DNA of 64,000 nucleotides from Chitinophaga pinensis (GCA_945874665.1 CAMCHJ010000004.1:1169-65168), one strand, 5' to 3'. Numbered from the stretch's first letter, positions 48,196 through 59,457 are shown. Program-made: numbers and translations. Notes: generated by a model not told the origin, from the letters alone.

Positions 48196-49506
48196 TTACG
48201 GCTGCTCCACCCCGTACTTATCCGAAAACTTCTTATACAGGGCCTTTTGTTTGTCGCCCAAATCCACTGCACGACCGTCGATGAAGGCGGCCTCGAGTTG
48301 GTTGCCGCGCACGTCTAAGGCATCGCCGGTGCTGATGAACAAACAGGCCGATTTGCCTACGGCCAGCTCGCCATAACGCTGCTCGATACCCAAAATAGCG
48401 GCCGCATCGCTGCTAAGGGCCTGGATGGCGCGCTCCACGCTTAAGCCGTAACCCACGGCTTGTCCCGCCTGAAACGGCAAATTGCGCTGCTCCCAAGCCC
48501 CATCCATGCTAAAACCAAAGCGGATGCCAGCGGCAGCAAGCTGTGCAGGCAGGCGATAAGGCGCATCTACCGCATCGCCGTTGCGGTTGGGCAGGCGCTG
48601 TGTGCGACTCAGCACCAAATCAATCTTATTTTCTTGTAAAAAAGGCAGGATATCGGCGGCTTCTTCGGCTCCCACGATAACAGGCTTGAGCTGGTAGGCT
48701 GCAAAAAACTGCACAGCCGATACCATGGCTTTGGCCTCGTTGGCGCGCACAAAGACCTTGGTTTTGCCTTCAAAAACGCTGCGCATGGCCTCTAACTTGA
48801 GGTTGATTTTGGCAGGTTTTTTTTGGGCCAGATAAGCTTTGGCATCTTCCATAAACTGCTTGAGCTCGGCGAGGTTGTCGGCCGATTGCTTGCGCTGCTC
48901 CTCCGCCGGTGGCGCCCACCAGGCATCATACACCCGAAACGACGGCCAGTTAAAGTACATGGCATCTTCGGCGCGCACCACGGCATCCTCCCAGTTCCAA
49001 GCATCGTGCTGCACCACGCTGGAGCGGCCGCTGATGTTGCCCGATTGCGGAGTCACTTGGCTCAATAAAGTGCCACTGTTGCGCACGGTGGGGGTAATGC
49101 GCGAGTCGGTATTGTAGGCCACCAAAGCGCGCACATGGGGATTAAGACCGCCCGTTTCGCTCTGGTCGCGGGTTGCTCGCACAGCATCAATCTCGTTTAA
49201 ACCTAAAATGCTGTTAAATGCAATAAAACCCGGGTACACATGCTTGCCGCTGGCATCGATAATGGTAGCGGTTTCGGCATTGAGCCGTATTTCGGCCCCG
49301 GTGCCTACGTAAGTTATCAGTCCGTTTTCGAAGCCAATAATGCCCTGAAGGGTTTGTCCGTTGCCCAAGTGCAAAGTAGTCCCCGTAATCCAAATGGGTT
49401 TGGCTTGCGGCTTCCCAGGCGATGGCACGCTGGTTTGGGCAGAAGTAGTGGCGAAGTTGCCCAGCAATAAACAGCTGGCCAAGAGCAGGGGGAGGATTTT
49501 ACGCAT
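48196..49506 (-). CDS. amidohydrolase-family protein (secreted)
   Basis: Signal peptide. Metal-dependent amidohydrolase TIM-barrel blocks. 436 aa. Confidence 0.7.
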   Translation of the reverse strand: MRKILPLLLASCLLLGNFATTSAQTSVPSPGKPQAKPIWITGTTLHLGNGQTLQGIIGFENGLITYVGTGAEIRLNAETATIIDASGKHVYPGFIAFNSILGLNEIDAVRATRDQSETGGLNPHVRALVAYNTDSRITPTVRNSGTLLSQVTPQSGNISGRSSVVQHDAWNWEDAVVRAEDAMYFNWPSFRVYDAWWAPPAEEQRKQSADNLAELKQFMEDAKAYLAQKKPAKINLKLEAMRSVFEGKTKVFVRANEAKAMVSAVQFFAAYQLKPVIVGAEEAADILPFLQENKIDLVLSRTQRLPNRNGDAVDAPYRLPAQLAAAGIRFGFSMDGAWEQRNLPFQAGQAVGYGLSVERAIQALSSDAAAILGIEQRYGELAVGKSACLFISTGDALDVRGNQLEAAFIDGRAVDLGDKQKALYKKFSDKYGVEQP

Positions 49507-49574
49507 GGGACGAATCTAATAAAAAAATCATTGTAACGATTCAATGTATAAACGATTCGGGTGCATAGCAAAGC

Positions 49575-49606
49575 AAAAAGCCAGCATTTCGGTGCTGGCT
49601 TTTTTG
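49575..49606. terminator. bidirectional rho-independent terminator downstream of tkt
   Basis: GCCAGCA-TTTCGG-TGCTGGC 7-bp stem flanked by A5 and T6. Lies 14 nt past the tkt stop on the minus strand. Confidence 0.6.
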
Positions 49607-49619
49607 TTTGTAAGGAGGT

Positions 49620-51596
49620 TTAAGAGGCGAAATGCTCCCGAATGCGCTCCACGACTTTGGCAGGGGTGAGGCCAAAATATTCAGCCAAAGCGTCGCCTGG
49701 GGCCGATAAACCAAAGGTATCTACCCCAATGTTCAAGCCACCCAAGCCGGTAAAGCGCTGCCAACCGAGGGTCACGCCGGCTTCAATCGAAATGCGGCGC
49801 TTGGCCTCCATGCTCATGATCATTTGCTGGTAGTCGGTAGGCTGCTCGTCGAACAGCTCCCAGCACGGCAAGCTCACCACGCGGATGTTGCCTTCGGTTT
49901 CGCCCGCCAAAGCTTCGGCCGCGGCAATGGCTACCCATACTTCTGAACCACTTGCGTAAATCACGGTATGCACCGGCGCCTCGGGCTGCGTTTCAAATTT
50001 GATGTAACCACCACGGGCTACGTCCACCGGACCGGCCAAAGTCGGCACGTTTTGGCGGGTCAAGGCCAGCAAACTCGGGCGGTGACCTTCTTGCAGCCAC
50101 TGAATCATGCTGGCTACGGTTTCGCGGGCGTCGGCAGGGCGGAATACGAGTAGGTTCGGAATGGTGCGCAGGCTCATCACGTGCTCAATAGACTGGTGCG
50201 TAGGACCGTCTTCGCCCAAGAAAATGCTGTCGTGCGTAAACACATGCAGCACCTGCAGCTCCTGGATGGCGCTCATGCGGATGGCATTGCGGCTGTAGTC
50301 GCTAAAGGTGAGGAAGGTGGCGCCATACGGCAAAATGCCGCCGTACAAGGCCATGCCGTTGCAAATGGCAGCCATCGGGAATTCGCGTACGCCAAAGGCG
50401 AGGTTGCGGCCCGCGCGATTGGCTTTGTTGAACTCGCCCACCACCGCAGCAAAAGCGCCTGTATTGTTCGATGGCTCCAAGTCGGCACTGCCGCCCATCA
50501 CCCCAGGAATGGCTTTGCCAAAGTACTCGAGCACCTTGCCAAAAGCCACGCGGGTGGCTAACGAACCGCCTACTTCAAATTGGGGAAGCTCGCTGAGGTT
50601 GATTTTGCCGTCGAATACCTGCTCGCAATACAGGTCAATGTTGGTGTCGGCAGCACGACGGGCCTTGAGTTTTTGGGCCCATTGGTCGGCTTCGAGGTTG
50701 TAGGTGTCGAGCTTGGCAGTAAAATACTCCTTGGCTTCGTCGCTTACTTGGAAGAACGCTTCGGGATCGAGGCCCAGCTTGGTCTTGGTAGCGGCGATTT
50801 CCTCGGGCTTCAAGGGCTCTCCGTGGGTTTTGTGACTGCCTTCCATGGTGGCGGTGCCTTTGGCCATCACGGTGGTACCGATGATTAAGAGCGGCTTTTG
50901 GCGCTTGGTTTGGCTGTAGTCGAGACTCGCGCGGATGGCGGCATGGTCGTGCCCATCAATCTCGTGCACTTCCCACTGCATGGCTTCAAACAATCCTTTA
51001 AAATCTACCGAGCTCACCCGGTCGGTAGTGCCCGATATCTGAATGTCGTTTTTGTCGTAATACACCACCAAATTGCTCAAACCTAAATGACCCGCAATTT
51101 GCATGGAGCCTAAGGCTACGTCTTCTTGCAAATCGCCATCGCCAACGAGACTGTAAATGGTGTTGTTGATGAGCTCGCTGCCCAACATGGCTTGCTGGTG
51201 CATACTGCCAATGGCCATGCCTACGGCCATGCTTACGCCTTGTCCCAAAGGACCCGTAGTGGCTTCAACGCCTGGGGTGAGGTGATTTTCAGGGTGACCA
51301 GGCGTTAAACTGCCCAACTGGCGGAAGTTTTCGAGCTCCTCAATGGGCAGGAGGTCCATAAAATGGAGCAGACTGTACAGCAACATCGACTCGTGACCGG
51401 CCGATAAGATGAAGCGGTCGCGGTTGTGCCACTCAGGCAGCTGCGGGGCAAACCGCAAATAATCACGGAACAAAATCACGGCGAAATCGCTCGATGAAAA
51501 GGCGCCGCCGGGGTGCCCCGAATTGGCTTTACGGGTGGCGTCCATTACCAAGCCTTTGAGCTCGGCGATTACGCGCTGGTCGAGTTGTGCTGACAT
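49620..51596 (-). CDS. tkt: transketolase
   Basis: ThDP motif GDGDLQEDVALGS and full-length transketolase homology. Start at the internal ATG at 51594-51596. Confidence 0.9.
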   Translation of the reverse strand: MSAQLDQRVIAELKGLVMDATRKANSGHPGGAFSSSDFAVILFRDYLRFAPQLPEWHNRDRFILSAGHESMLLYSLLHFMDLLPIEELENFRQLGSLTPGHPENHLTPGVEATTGPLGQGVSMAVGMAIGSMHQQAMLGSELINNTIYSLVGDGDLQEDVALGSMQIAGHLGLSNLVVYYDKNDIQISGTTDRVSSVDFKGLFEAMQWEVHEIDGHDHAAIRASLDYSQTKRQKPLLIIGTTVMAKGTATMEGSHKTHGEPLKPEEIAATKTKLGLDPEAFFQVSDEAKEYFTAKLDTYNLEADQWAQKLKARRAADTNIDLYCEQVFDGKINLSELPQFEVGGSLATRVAFGKVLEYFGKAIPGVMGGSADLEPSNNTGAFAAVVGEFNKANRAGRNLAFGVREFPMAAICNGMALYGGILPYGATFLTFSDYSRNAIRMSAIQELQVLHVFTHDSIFLGEDGPTHQSIEHVMSLRTIPNLLVFRPADARETVASMIQWLQEGHRPSLLALTRQNVPTLAGPVDVARGGYIKFETQPEAPVHTVIYASGSEVWVAIAAAEALAGETEGNIRVVSLPCWELFDEQPTDYQQMIMSMEAKRRISIEAGVTLGWQRFTGLGGLNIGVDTFGLSAPGDALAEYFGLTPAKVVERIREHFAS

Positions 51597-51734
51597 GCTG
51601 CTAAAATTTGAGTGCGAAGTTACGTTTTTTTTCAAGCGTACCGAAGCGGGCTTTCCACAGGCTAATCCACACGCTGTACTGCCTTAACTTTGGGGGATGT
51701 TTTCATTTGTTTAGGGATTTATTTATTTTTAGGG

Positions 51735-53114
51735 ATGCAAAAAATGAATTGGGTGTACGCTGCGGCCTTGTTGCTCGGCTTACTCGCTCCACCAGCCACG
51801 GCACAAATTACGATTGGCAATACCGCAGTCGATACCAGCACCGTCATCAGCGGTATTGACATTCCTTGGGAAATTGTTTGGGGACCCGATAACCACATTT
51901 GGATGACTGAGCGTTACGGCCGCATCAGTCGTGTAAATCCGCAAACAGGCCAACAATCGGTGCTGCTTACTATATCTGATTGTTTTGCCACCGGCGAGTC
52001 GGGATTGCTGGGCATGGCGCTCTACCCCAATTTCGCGGATACGGCTTGGGTGTTTTTTGCGTATACCTATCAGCAATCGGGACAAATTCGCGAGCGTTTG
52101 GTGCGGTACACTTATGACAGCAGTGCGCAAAGCCTCGGGAGTCCGCTTACCCTCATCAACAACATCCCCGGAAATAGCACCCACAATGGTGCGCGTTTGC
52201 TGTTTTTGCCCGATAATACCTTGCTCATGACTACCGGTGATGCGCAAGACCAGCAAGCACCCCTTAATCCGGCGCTTTTGCCCGGCAAAGTGCTTCGCCT
52301 CAACGCCAACGGCACCATCCCCGCCAACAATCCTACCCCTGGCAGCTATGTGTACAGCCTCGGTCACCGCAACGCCCAAGGCATGTTTCGGCATCCGAAT
52401 GGCCGCATCTACATTTCAGAACACGGTCCGAGCAGCGACGACGAGCTCAACATCATTGAGCCAGGCCGCAATTATGGCTGGCCTACGGTAAACGGCATGT
52501 GCAACACCCCAGCCGAGCTGCAGTATTGTGCTGCTAACAATGTGTATGAGCCCATTCGCACTTGGACGCCCACCATCGCACCAGCAGGTATGATTTGGTA
52601 CAACCACGCTGCGTTGCCTGTTTTCCAAAACAAAATCATCCTCACCACCCTTAAAAATGCGCGTTTGTATGTGCTTTCGCTCAACGAAAATGGCGATTCG
52701 GTAACAGCCGAGGCCCAATATTTAAATCAAATGTTTGGCCGCTTGCGCGATGTGATTGCAGACCCTGCCGGTAATTTGTACTTGGCCACCAACGGCAATT
52801 CATGGGTAAATTCAGAGCCTTTTACGCATCGCATTGTGAAGCTGAGTCCAAGGGTAAATACATCGGTATCAGCGGTACGCGAGGCAGCGCAAGCCGGCGT
52901 TTACCCTAATCCGCTAACGGCCGAAAGCCGCCTACAGCTCGATGCCAGTTTGGTTGGCAGCACCGCCAGCCTCTACGATCTGCAAGGCCGCCTGCTCCAT
53001 CAATTTGAGGTAAAAGAAACCACAACCCAATTGCATTTGCCTGTGCTTCAACAAGGCATTTACTATTTGCAACTCTCTAAACACCAAAAAGCCATCAAAT
53101 TACTGGTGCAGTAG
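51735..53114 (+). CDS. PQQ-dependent sugar (glucose/sorbosone) dehydrogenase with C-terminal T9SS sorting domain
   Basis: Beta-propeller blocks IPWEIVWGPDNHIWMTERYGRI and GHRNAQGM. C-terminal YPNPLTAES...GIYYLQL...KLLVQ Por_Secre_tail. Signal peptide. Confidence 0.8.
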   Translation: MQKMNWVYAAALLLGLLAPPATAQITIGNTAVDTSTVISGIDIPWEIVWGPDNHIWMTERYGRISRVNPQTGQQSVLLTISDCFATGESGLLGMALYPNFADTAWVFFAYTYQQSGQIRERLVRYTYDSSAQSLGSPLTLINNIPGNSTHNGARLLFLPDNTLLMTTGDAQDQQAPLNPALLPGKVLRLNANGTIPANNPTPGSYVYSLGHRNAQGMFRHPNGRIYISEHGPSSDDELNIIEPGRNYGWPTVNGMCNTPAELQYCAANNVYEPIRTWTPTIAPAGMIWYNHAALPVFQNKIILTTLKNARLYVLSLNENGDSVTAEAQYLNQMFGRLRDVIADPAGNLYLATNGNSWVNSEPFTHRIVKLSPRVNTSVSAVREAAQAGVYPNPLTAESRLQLDASLVGSTASLYDLQGRLLHQFEVKETTTQLHLPVLQQGIYYLQLSKHQKAIKLLVQ

Positions 53115-53153
53115 ACAGCGGCAGGCCAAAAAGACCAGTGCACAGGGTGAGGA

Positions 53154-53636
53154 CTATTTATGGGTTTCGGTCACCCGGCTAAAGCTAAATACGCGGTCTT
53201 TGCTGGGGTCGGCCAGCAGGCCCAGTACAATCACCAAGCTGTCGCGCTGTGGCAAATGGTAGCTTATTTTTTGGGGGAAGTCGTGGTTGGGGTTTTCAAA
53301 CACAAACAACGAATCGGCGAGCTGGGCATTGAGTCTAAAAGCAACAGGTTGATCGTTGTTTTGACCCTGCACCAAAGCCATATAGGCATAGGTGCTGTCT
53401 ATGGGACTGATCTCCAGCGATTCTAACAGCATACTGTCGCCAGCCTCGATGCGGTACACAGTGCCTTTCCAGCGATTGGTGTCGTAGCGCTCCCAATGTT
53501 CGGCGATTACGGCGGCGGCACCGGTTTTGGTCCAGTGGCCTTCGAGCACGGCAAAAGGATTGTCGATTTCTTCAGCAGCCTCCTCTTTACAGCATGTTAG
53601 GGCGAGTAGAGCGAAAAAAACGACCAACTTTCTCAT
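53154..53636 (-). CDS. hypothetical lipoprotein
   Basis: Lipobox LLALTCC. 4-nt overlap with the prfA stop suggests co-transcription. Confidence 0.45.
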   Translation of the reverse strand: MRKLVVFFALLALTCCKEEAAEEIDNPFAVLEGHWTKTGAAAVIAEHWERYDTNRWKGTVYRIEAGDSMLLESLEISPIDSTYAYMALVQGQNNDQPVAFRLNAQLADSLFVFENPNHDFPQKISYHLPQRDSLVIVLGLLADPSKDRVFSFSRVTETHK

Positions 53637-54700
53637 TCTGTAAGCTTGAGTTTTTCGGTGTTTTCGGCAAGTTCGAGTCCGTTGATCATTTCCTGAATGT
53701 CGCCATTCAAAAAGCCATCTAAATTATACAAGGTCATGCCAATGCGGTGATCGGTTACCCGGCTTTGTGGGAAGTTGTAGGTGCGTATTTTGGCCGATCG
53801 GTCGCCGGTGCTCACCAATGTCTTGCGTGTGCCAGCCACCGCTTCGTTCCGCTTGTTGAGCTCGAGCTCGTATAACTTGGTCCGCAACATCTCCATGGCC
53901 CGCGCGCGGTTGCCGAGCTGCGAACGCTCAATCTGACACGTTACCACAATGCCCGATGGCTTGTGGGTCAACATCACCTTGGTTTCCACTTTGTTTACGT
54001 TTTGGCCGCCTGCACCGCCCGAACGAGACGTCTGCAACTCAATATCCGCCGGGTTCAACACCACGTCAAAGGTCTCCGCCTCAGGCATCACCACCACCGT
54101 GGCCGCTGAGGTGTGAATGCGCCCTTGTGTTTCGGTATTGGGTACGCGTTGTACGCGGTGCACCCCCGACTCATACTTCATCGTGGCATATACATCTTCG
54201 CCCGAAATCTTAAAAATCACTTCTTTGTAGCCCCCCATGGTGCCCTCGCTTTCGTCCTGAATTTCGATGTTCCAACCGCGTTGCTCGCAGTAACGGGTGT
54301 ACATGCGGGCGAGGTCACCGGCAAATAAACTGGCTTCGTCGCCGCCCGTGCCCGCACGAATTTCGAGCAAAATATTGCGACTGTCTTCCGGCTCCTTCGG
54401 TACCAACAACAGCCGCAGCGCCTGCTCCGTTGGGGTTACCTGTGGCTCTAAAGCGTCGAGTTCGAGCTTGGCCATCTCTAAAAATTCCGGGTCTTTTTCG
54501 GTCGAAATTATTTTTTTGTTGGTCTCAATGTTGCCCAGCAAATCGCTAAAGGCCTTAAACGCATTGACGAGTTTTTCGAGTTCGCGGTATTCTTTGTTGA
54601 GCGCTGCATATTTTTTCATGTCCCCAAAAATGGCCGGGTCTTGCAATTGGCGTTCCACTTCCTGAAAGCGCCCGAGGGCAGCAGGGTATTTATCAAGCAT
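53633..54700 (-). CDS. prfA: peptide chain release factor 1
   Basis: GGQ motif [11 protein letters not shown]. The RF1-type [17 protein letters not shown] region, which carries a PxT tripeptide rather than SPF. Confidence 0.9.
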   Translation of the reverse strand: MLDKYPAALGRFQEVERQLQDPAIFGDMKKYAALNKEYRELEKLVNAFKAFSDLLGNIETNKKIISTEKDPEFLEMAKLELDALEPQVTPTEQALRLLLVPKEPEDSRNILLEIRAGTGGDEASLFAGDLARMYTRYCEQRGWNIEIQDESEGTMGGYKEVIFKISGEDVYATMKYESGVHRVQRVPNTETQGRIHTSAATVVVMPEAETFDVVLNPADIELQTSRSGGAGGQNVNKVETKVMLTHKPSGIVVTCQIERSQLGNRARAMEMLRTKLYELELNKRNEAVAGTRKTLVSTGDRSAKIRTYNFPQSRVTDHRIGMTLYNLDGFLNGDIQEMINGLELAENTEKLKLTE

Positions 54701-54717
54701 GTTGCAAAATTAGCAAT

Positions 54718-55542
54718 TTAGCGCTTTGCAGGGTGCGCGAATTGTAAGAGCTGGTTACCCGCCCAAACATACAGGCCACGCTGGTTTACCCGCACCATTT
54801 TGGCTGTGTATTTGCCAATGGCCAGCGGCTCGGCCGTCCCCTCACGCAAGTGCAGCCGCCAAACCACGCCGCTGCGCACAAAATAAGCGTGCTCCCCCCA
54901 AAAATCCATGCGCTCAATGCCGAGCTCGGGCATGGTTTTGAGGTAACGCCCGTACAAATCAAACACCAACAGTCCCACTTTGGGGTCGGTTAAATACACC
55001 CGCTCGGCATGTTCGGCCATGTAGCTAGGCGCTAGTATTTCGCTGATTTCGTTTTGCAGCCACTCGCCCTCCACTACAGTACGCAGGTCGAAAGCGAGCT
55101 TGCGCAGTCTAAAACTGCGCTCATCGTACAGCCAAAAGTTGTTGTCGAACGAGCGGCAAACCTGCGATTGGTTGCTGAGCTGCAAACCGGCAATTTCGAA
55201 GCGGTTGGTCTGGTACAGCATATTGTCGAGCTGCAACAGCACCGATACCTCGGGGTAAAAGAGCAGCAGCTGCAAGGGATTAAAAACATCTACATGCCGC
55301 AATTGTCCGAGCACTTGCTCGCGCTGGTTGCCCACCCATTGCCCTTTTTCGTCGTATTTGATGAGCTCGTTGCGCCGCGTTATGAGGTAATACGCGCCTA
55401 AATTGTCAACCGCAAAATACTGGATGGGCTGCTCGAGCACATAGCTGCGCTGGAGCAGCAAACTGTCGCCAGCGGCCTTAACCCCGACCGAAGCCAGCAG
55501 GCTCGTGAGCAGGATAAGTGCGTAAATCGAGATTTTCCCCAT
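54718..55542 (-). CDS. hypothetical membrane-anchored protein
   Basis: N-terminal transmembrane/signal MGKISIYALILLTSLLASVGVKAAG. The start is uncertain, and the ORF overlaps the 3-prime end of lpxH. Confidence 0.4.
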   Translation of the reverse strand: MGKISIYALILLTSLLASVGVKAAGDSLLLQRSYVLEQPIQYFAVDNLGAYYLITRRNELIKYDEKGQWVGNQREQVLGQLRHVDVFNPLQLLLFYPEVSVLLQLDNMLYQTNRFEIAGLQLSNQSQVCRSFDNNFWLYDERSFRLRKLAFDLRTVVEGEWLQNEISEILAPSYMAEHAERVYLTDPKVGLLVFDLYGRYLKTMPELGIERMDFWGEHAYFVRSGVVWRLHLREGTAEPLAIGKYTAKMVRVNQRGLYVWAGNQLLQFAHPAKR

Positions 55543-56251
55543 CAAAAACGGCATAAGTATTATAAACGATCCAATCACCCAAATTGATATACAAACTGCG
55601 GTCGCCCACAGGGGTGCAAATGGGCAGGTGGCGGTGACCAAAAACAAAGTAATCGTAGTGCTCGGCGGCTAATTTGCGCTGGCAATATTGGTACAACCAC
55701 TCGTTTTCTTTCAAAAACTGCGATTCATCATCGCCCGCAGCCCGACTTTTGTAACTGAAATGCTGCGCCATGCCAAAAGCCATGTTCGGGTGCAAGCGCC
55801 CAAAAAGCCATTGGTTGAAGGGGTGCCGGAATACTTTTTTGAGGCGTTTGAAGCCTTTGTCGCCAGGACCTTTGCCATCGCCATGCCCCAAAAAGAAGCG
55901 CTTGCCGTTGATTTCGGTTACATAAGTGTCGCTATGCACCTGCAAGCCGAGTTCCTCGCTGAGGTAGCCAAAGGTCCACATATCGTGGTTGCCCATAAAA
56001 AAGTGCACGGGAATGCCGGCATCGGTGAGCTCGGCCAGTTTGCCCAATAAGCGCACATGGTATTTGGGCACCACGTGCTTGTACTCAAACCAAAAATCAA
56101 AAACATCGCCCATTAAATAAATGGCCTCGGCCTTGGGGGCGATTTCGTTTAGGAAGGCAATGATGCGGCGCTCGCGCTCCAAACTACCCGCCCTGTTCGG
56201 AATGCCGAGGTGGAAGTCGCTGAGGAAATACGTATGCTTGCCGCTGCTCAT
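55478..56251 (-). CDS. lpxH: UDP-2,3-diacylglucosamine diphosphatase (calcineurin-like metallophosphoesterase)
   Basis: YFLSDFHLG, LMGDVFDFW and GNHD motifs. Confidence 0.75.
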   Translation of the reverse strand: MSSGKHTYFLSDFHLGIPNRAGSLERERRIIAFLNEIAPKAEAIYLMGDVFDFWFEYKHVVPKYHVRLLGKLAELTDAGIPVHFFMGNHDMWTFGYLSEELGLQVHSDTYVTEINGKRFFLGHGDGKGPGDKGFKRLKKVFRHPFNQWLFGRLHPNMAFGMAQHFSYKSRAAGDDESQFLKENEWLYQYCQRKLAAEHYDYFVFGHRHLPICTPVGDRSLYINLGDWIVYNTYAVFDGENLDLRTYPAHEPAGFGRG

Positions 56252-56892
56252 TAGTTGTCTTGCACCAAAAATACGTATAACTCTTTAGGACCGTGCGCCC
56301 CGAGCACCAAGGTTTTTTCGATGTCGGCCGTGCGGCTCGGACCGGTGATGGCGCTGAGCATGCTCGGCAGCTTGCCGTTGTATTTATTTTTGATGAGTTG
56401 AAAGGCGCTTTTGAGGTCTGGCACCAACTGCGAAGTAAAGGCCACTACCACATGCACTGGCGGAAAAACGGTCATGCTGCGGCCCATTTGCTGAGCCGAG
56501 CTTACAAACACACTGCCAGTAGCCGCTACCAAGGCCTCGCAGCCGGTGACCCCAATTTCTACATGTCCTAGTTGCTGTGGATTGTTGAGGTACGGAAATT
56601 CCACCTCGTTAAATAGCTTTTGAATGCCGGGCTCGAAGCAAAAAATATGCTGACTTTTTTGCTTCTGTACGAGCAAAACCAAGTTTTCGGCAAAATCGAG
56701 CATGTTTTCGCAATAGGCAAACGACCCGCTGATGTCGAGCAAACGTTCGGCGAAGGCCATTGCCAGGTCGTTATCGATTGGCGGAAAAATCGGCTTTTCA
56801 AAATCCACAGATAGGCTTTTGGGGCTGCTCTTGTGGATGAGGGCTTTGCGGATTTTTTTAAGGACTTTTTCTTTGGGCGTGCTGTCGCGCAT
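56251..56892 (-). CDS. LUD-domain protein (LutC/YkgG-like, DUF162)
   Basis: 213 aa. Blocks GVTGCEALVAATGSVFVSS and VVVAFTSQLVPDL typical of LutC. Confidence 0.6.
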   Translation of the reverse strand: MRDSTPKEKVLKKIRKALIHKSSPKSLSVDFEKPIFPPIDNDLAMAFAERLLDISGSFAYCENMLDFAENLVLLVQKQKSQHIFCFEPGIQKLFNEVEFPYLNNPQQLGHVEIGVTGCEALVAATGSVFVSSAQQMGRSMTVFPPVHVVVAFTSQLVPDLKSAFQLIKNKYNGKLPSMLSAITGPSRTADIEKTLVLGAHGPKELYVFLVQDN

Positions 56893-56992
56893 GGCTGCTG
56901 TTTAAATTTCACAGCCCCTGCTACCTCGGGTAAGCAGGGGCTATGGGATAAGGCTGGTCAAAAGTCTGAAACTTTCGGCACTCAACCAAAAA

Positions 56993-59026
56993 TTACGCTT
57001 GAACGGGCGCGTCGTCGGCAGCTGGAGCCTCACTCGCAACTACTTCTGGCTCTGGTACAGGCGCTTTGCTGATCACTTGTGGGATTTGCTCGGTGAGGTG
57101 GGTTTCGCCGGTAGGACGAGCACCAATCATCCGCTCCAAATCGGCTTTGTAAATCACTTCTTTCGCCAACAACTCCTGCGCTACCAACTCCAACTCAGCA
57201 CGCTTTTCTACCAACAACTCCTTGGTTTTGATGTAGGCGTTTTCGATGAGCTTGCGTGCCTCGTCGTCAATAATTTTGGCCATGTCCTCCGAATAAGGCT
57301 TGCGGAACTGGTACTCTCCTTGCGGATCGTTGAAGCTCACAGGGCCCACGATTGGGTTCATGCCGTAAAGCGTTACCATGCCGTAGGCCATGCGGGTAAT
57401 GCGTTCGAGGTCGTTTTGGGCACCTGTGCTGATGCGTCCAAATACAATTTCCTCCGCTGCTCTACCGCCTAAGGTCATGCACATGCTGTCGAGCAACTGC
57501 TCCGTTGTGTACAAATACTGCTCCTTTGGCAAATATTGGGCGTAACCCAAAGCCGCCACCCCGCGAGGTACAATCGACACCTTTACCAAAGGATCGGTGC
57601 CGTGCAGGAACCAGCCCACAATGGCGTGACCAGCTTCGTGGTAGGCCACAATCTTTTTCTCTTCTGGGGAAATGATTTTGTTTTTCTTCTCTAAGCCGCC
57701 AATTACCCGGTCGATCGCGGCATTGAAGTCGATCATTTCTACCACTTTTTTGGCAGAACGGGCCGCAATCAAAGCCGCTTCGTTACATACGTTGGCAATT
57801 TCAGCGCCAGCAAAACCCGGGGTTTGCTCTGCGAGTTTGCGTGCATCCACATCTGGTCCCACTTTGATGGGCTTAAGGTGCACGTTAAAAATCTCTTCGC
57901 GGCCAATGATGTCAGGACGATCGACCGTTATTTGACGGTCGAAGCGACCTGGGCGCAACAAGGCGGGGTCTAATACATCGGGACGGTTTGTGGCCGCCAT
58001 CATGATGATGCCGATTTCTGAACTAAAGCCGTCCATTTCCACGAGCAGCTGGTTGAGTGTGCTTTCGCGCTCATCGTTACCGCCCATGATTTGGTTTTTA
58101 CCACGGGAGCGACCCACCGCATCAATTTCATCGATAAAAATGATACAAGGCGCCTTTTCACGGGCTTGCTTGAAGAGGTCGCGTACCCGACTGGCGCCTA
58201 CGCCTACAAACATCTCTACAAAATCGGAGCCGCTGAGCGTGAAAAAGGGCACTTGGGCTTCGCCTGCCACCGCTTTCGCGAGTAAGGTTTTACCGGTTCC
58301 GGGAGGGCCTACCAAAAGCACCCCTTTCGGAATTTTACCACCCAAAACTGTGTATTTTTTAGGGTTTTTTAAGAAATCTACCACCTCCATCACCTCTGTT
58401 TTGGCCTCTTCCAAGCCCGCAACATCGTTAAAAGTGGTATTTTCCCTCGAGTTCTTGTCGAACAAAGTGGCCTTCGATTTGCCAATGTTAAACAACTGAC
58501 CGCCTCCGCCGCCACCTGCACCACCTGTAAAACGACGCATCAAAAGCATCCACAAGCCCAAAAGCAGGAGCATTGGCAGCAAAAAGCTGAGGATATCGCC
58601 AAACCACGACCGGCGACTTTCCCACTGTACATATATGGGTGCAATTTCTAACTCCACCTGGGCGGCATCCAACTTGGTTTGCAGCACTTCAGGAGAGCTC
58701 TCTGTGAAGTAATATTGTGCCGTAGCACCACCAAAACTACGTTCTTGAAACTCCTTGTACTTTTCGGTACGCAGTTTTTCTTTTTTGATGTACACCTCAA
58801 TTACGTAGATGTCATCTTGTTTAAAGCCTACAATCTTATCTACATCCCCACTTGCAAGCAGGTCGGTTTTGAACTCCTGCCAGCCTATTTTTTTAGCGCT
58901 ATTGCCAGAATTAACCACCTGAATGCCAATAAAGAGCACCGCAATGATGATGTAAATCCAGTAGAAATTAAATTTAGGTTTGTTGTCTGGCTTGAGCTCA
59001 GTCTTTTTCTTGATTTGTTTTGCCAT
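56993..59026 (-). CDS. ftsH: ATP-dependent zinc metalloprotease FtsH
   Basis: Walker A GPPGTGKT, the second region of homology (SRH), and the HEAGHA zinc motif. Confidence 0.95.
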   Translation of the reverse strand: MAKQIKKKTELKPDNKPKFNFYWIYIIIAVLFIGIQVVNSGNSAKKIGWQEFKTDLLASGDVDKIVGFKQDDIYVIEVYIKKEKLRTEKYKEFQERSFGGATAQYYFTESSPEVLQTKLDAAQVELEIAPIYVQWESRRSWFGDILSFLLPMLLLLGLWMLLMRRFTGGAGGGGGGQLFNIGKSKATLFDKNSRENTTFNDVAGLEEAKTEVMEVVDFLKNPKKYTVLGGKIPKGVLLVGPPGTGKTLLAKAVAGEAQVPFFTLSGSDFVEMFVGVGASRVRDLFKQAREKAPCIIFIDEIDAVGRSRGKNQIMGGNDERESTLNQLLVEMDGFSSEIGIIMMAATNRPDVLDPALLRPGRFDRQITVDRPDIIGREEIFNVHLKPIKVGPDVDARKLAEQTPGFAGAEIANVCNEAALIAARSAKKVVEMIDFNAAIDRVIGGLEKKNKIISPEEKKIVAYHEAGHAIVGWFLHGTDPLVKVSIVPRGVAALGYAQYLPKEQYLYTTEQLLDSMCMTLGGRAAEEIVFGRISTGAQNDLERITRMAYGMVTLYGMNPIVGPVSFNDPQGEYQFRKPYSEDMAKIIDDEARKLIENAYIKTKELLVEKRAELELVAQELLAKEVIYKADLERMIGARPTGETHLTEQIPQVISKAPVPEPEVVASEAPAADDAPVQA

Positions 59027-59094
59027 GATATAATTATCGTGAGTTGTTAACGTGCTTCACTGCAGAAAAGTTTAATTCTCGTGTAGGCACAAAC

Positions 59095-59457
59095 TTATTC
59101 GATTGTGGTGCGAATAGCATCGTTCCACAGCTCTTCCAAAGCGTAAAACTCGCGCGCTTGCGGCTGAAAAACGTGGGCTACCACATTGCCATAATCCAAC
59201 AATACCCAAGAGGCGTTTTCACGGCCTTCTACGCTCAAAGGACGTTCCTTCAGCTTTATTTTCACTTCTTCCTCTGCTGAATCAGCTAGGGCTTTTACTT
59301 GTGTGGTTGACTCTGCTTGGCAAATCACAAAAAAATCGGCTACCCGATCTCGTATTCCCCTCAAATCCAGCAGTATAATATCTTTACCCTTCTTCTCCTG
59401 AAACCCGTGAATGATTACATCTTGCAACTCCTCTAAAGGTTGGCGTTCTTTCGACAT
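59095..59457 (-). CDS. rsfS: ribosome silencing factor RsfS (Iojap)
   Basis: 120 aa. DFFVICQAESTTQVKAL...WVLLDYGNVVAHVF. Confidence 0.85.
   Translation of the reverse strand: MSKERQPLEELQDVIIHGFQEKKGKDIILLDLRGIRDRVADFFVICQAESTTQVKALADSAEEEVKIKLKERPLSVEGRENASWVLLDYGNVVAHVFQPQAREFYALEELWNDAIRTTIE

Noticed and set aside
53633-54700. Programmed +1 frameshift of a release factor
   Set aside because: The protein is RF1 (the RVQRVP-x-T-E-QGRIHTS region), not RF2. The ORF is intact in a single frame.
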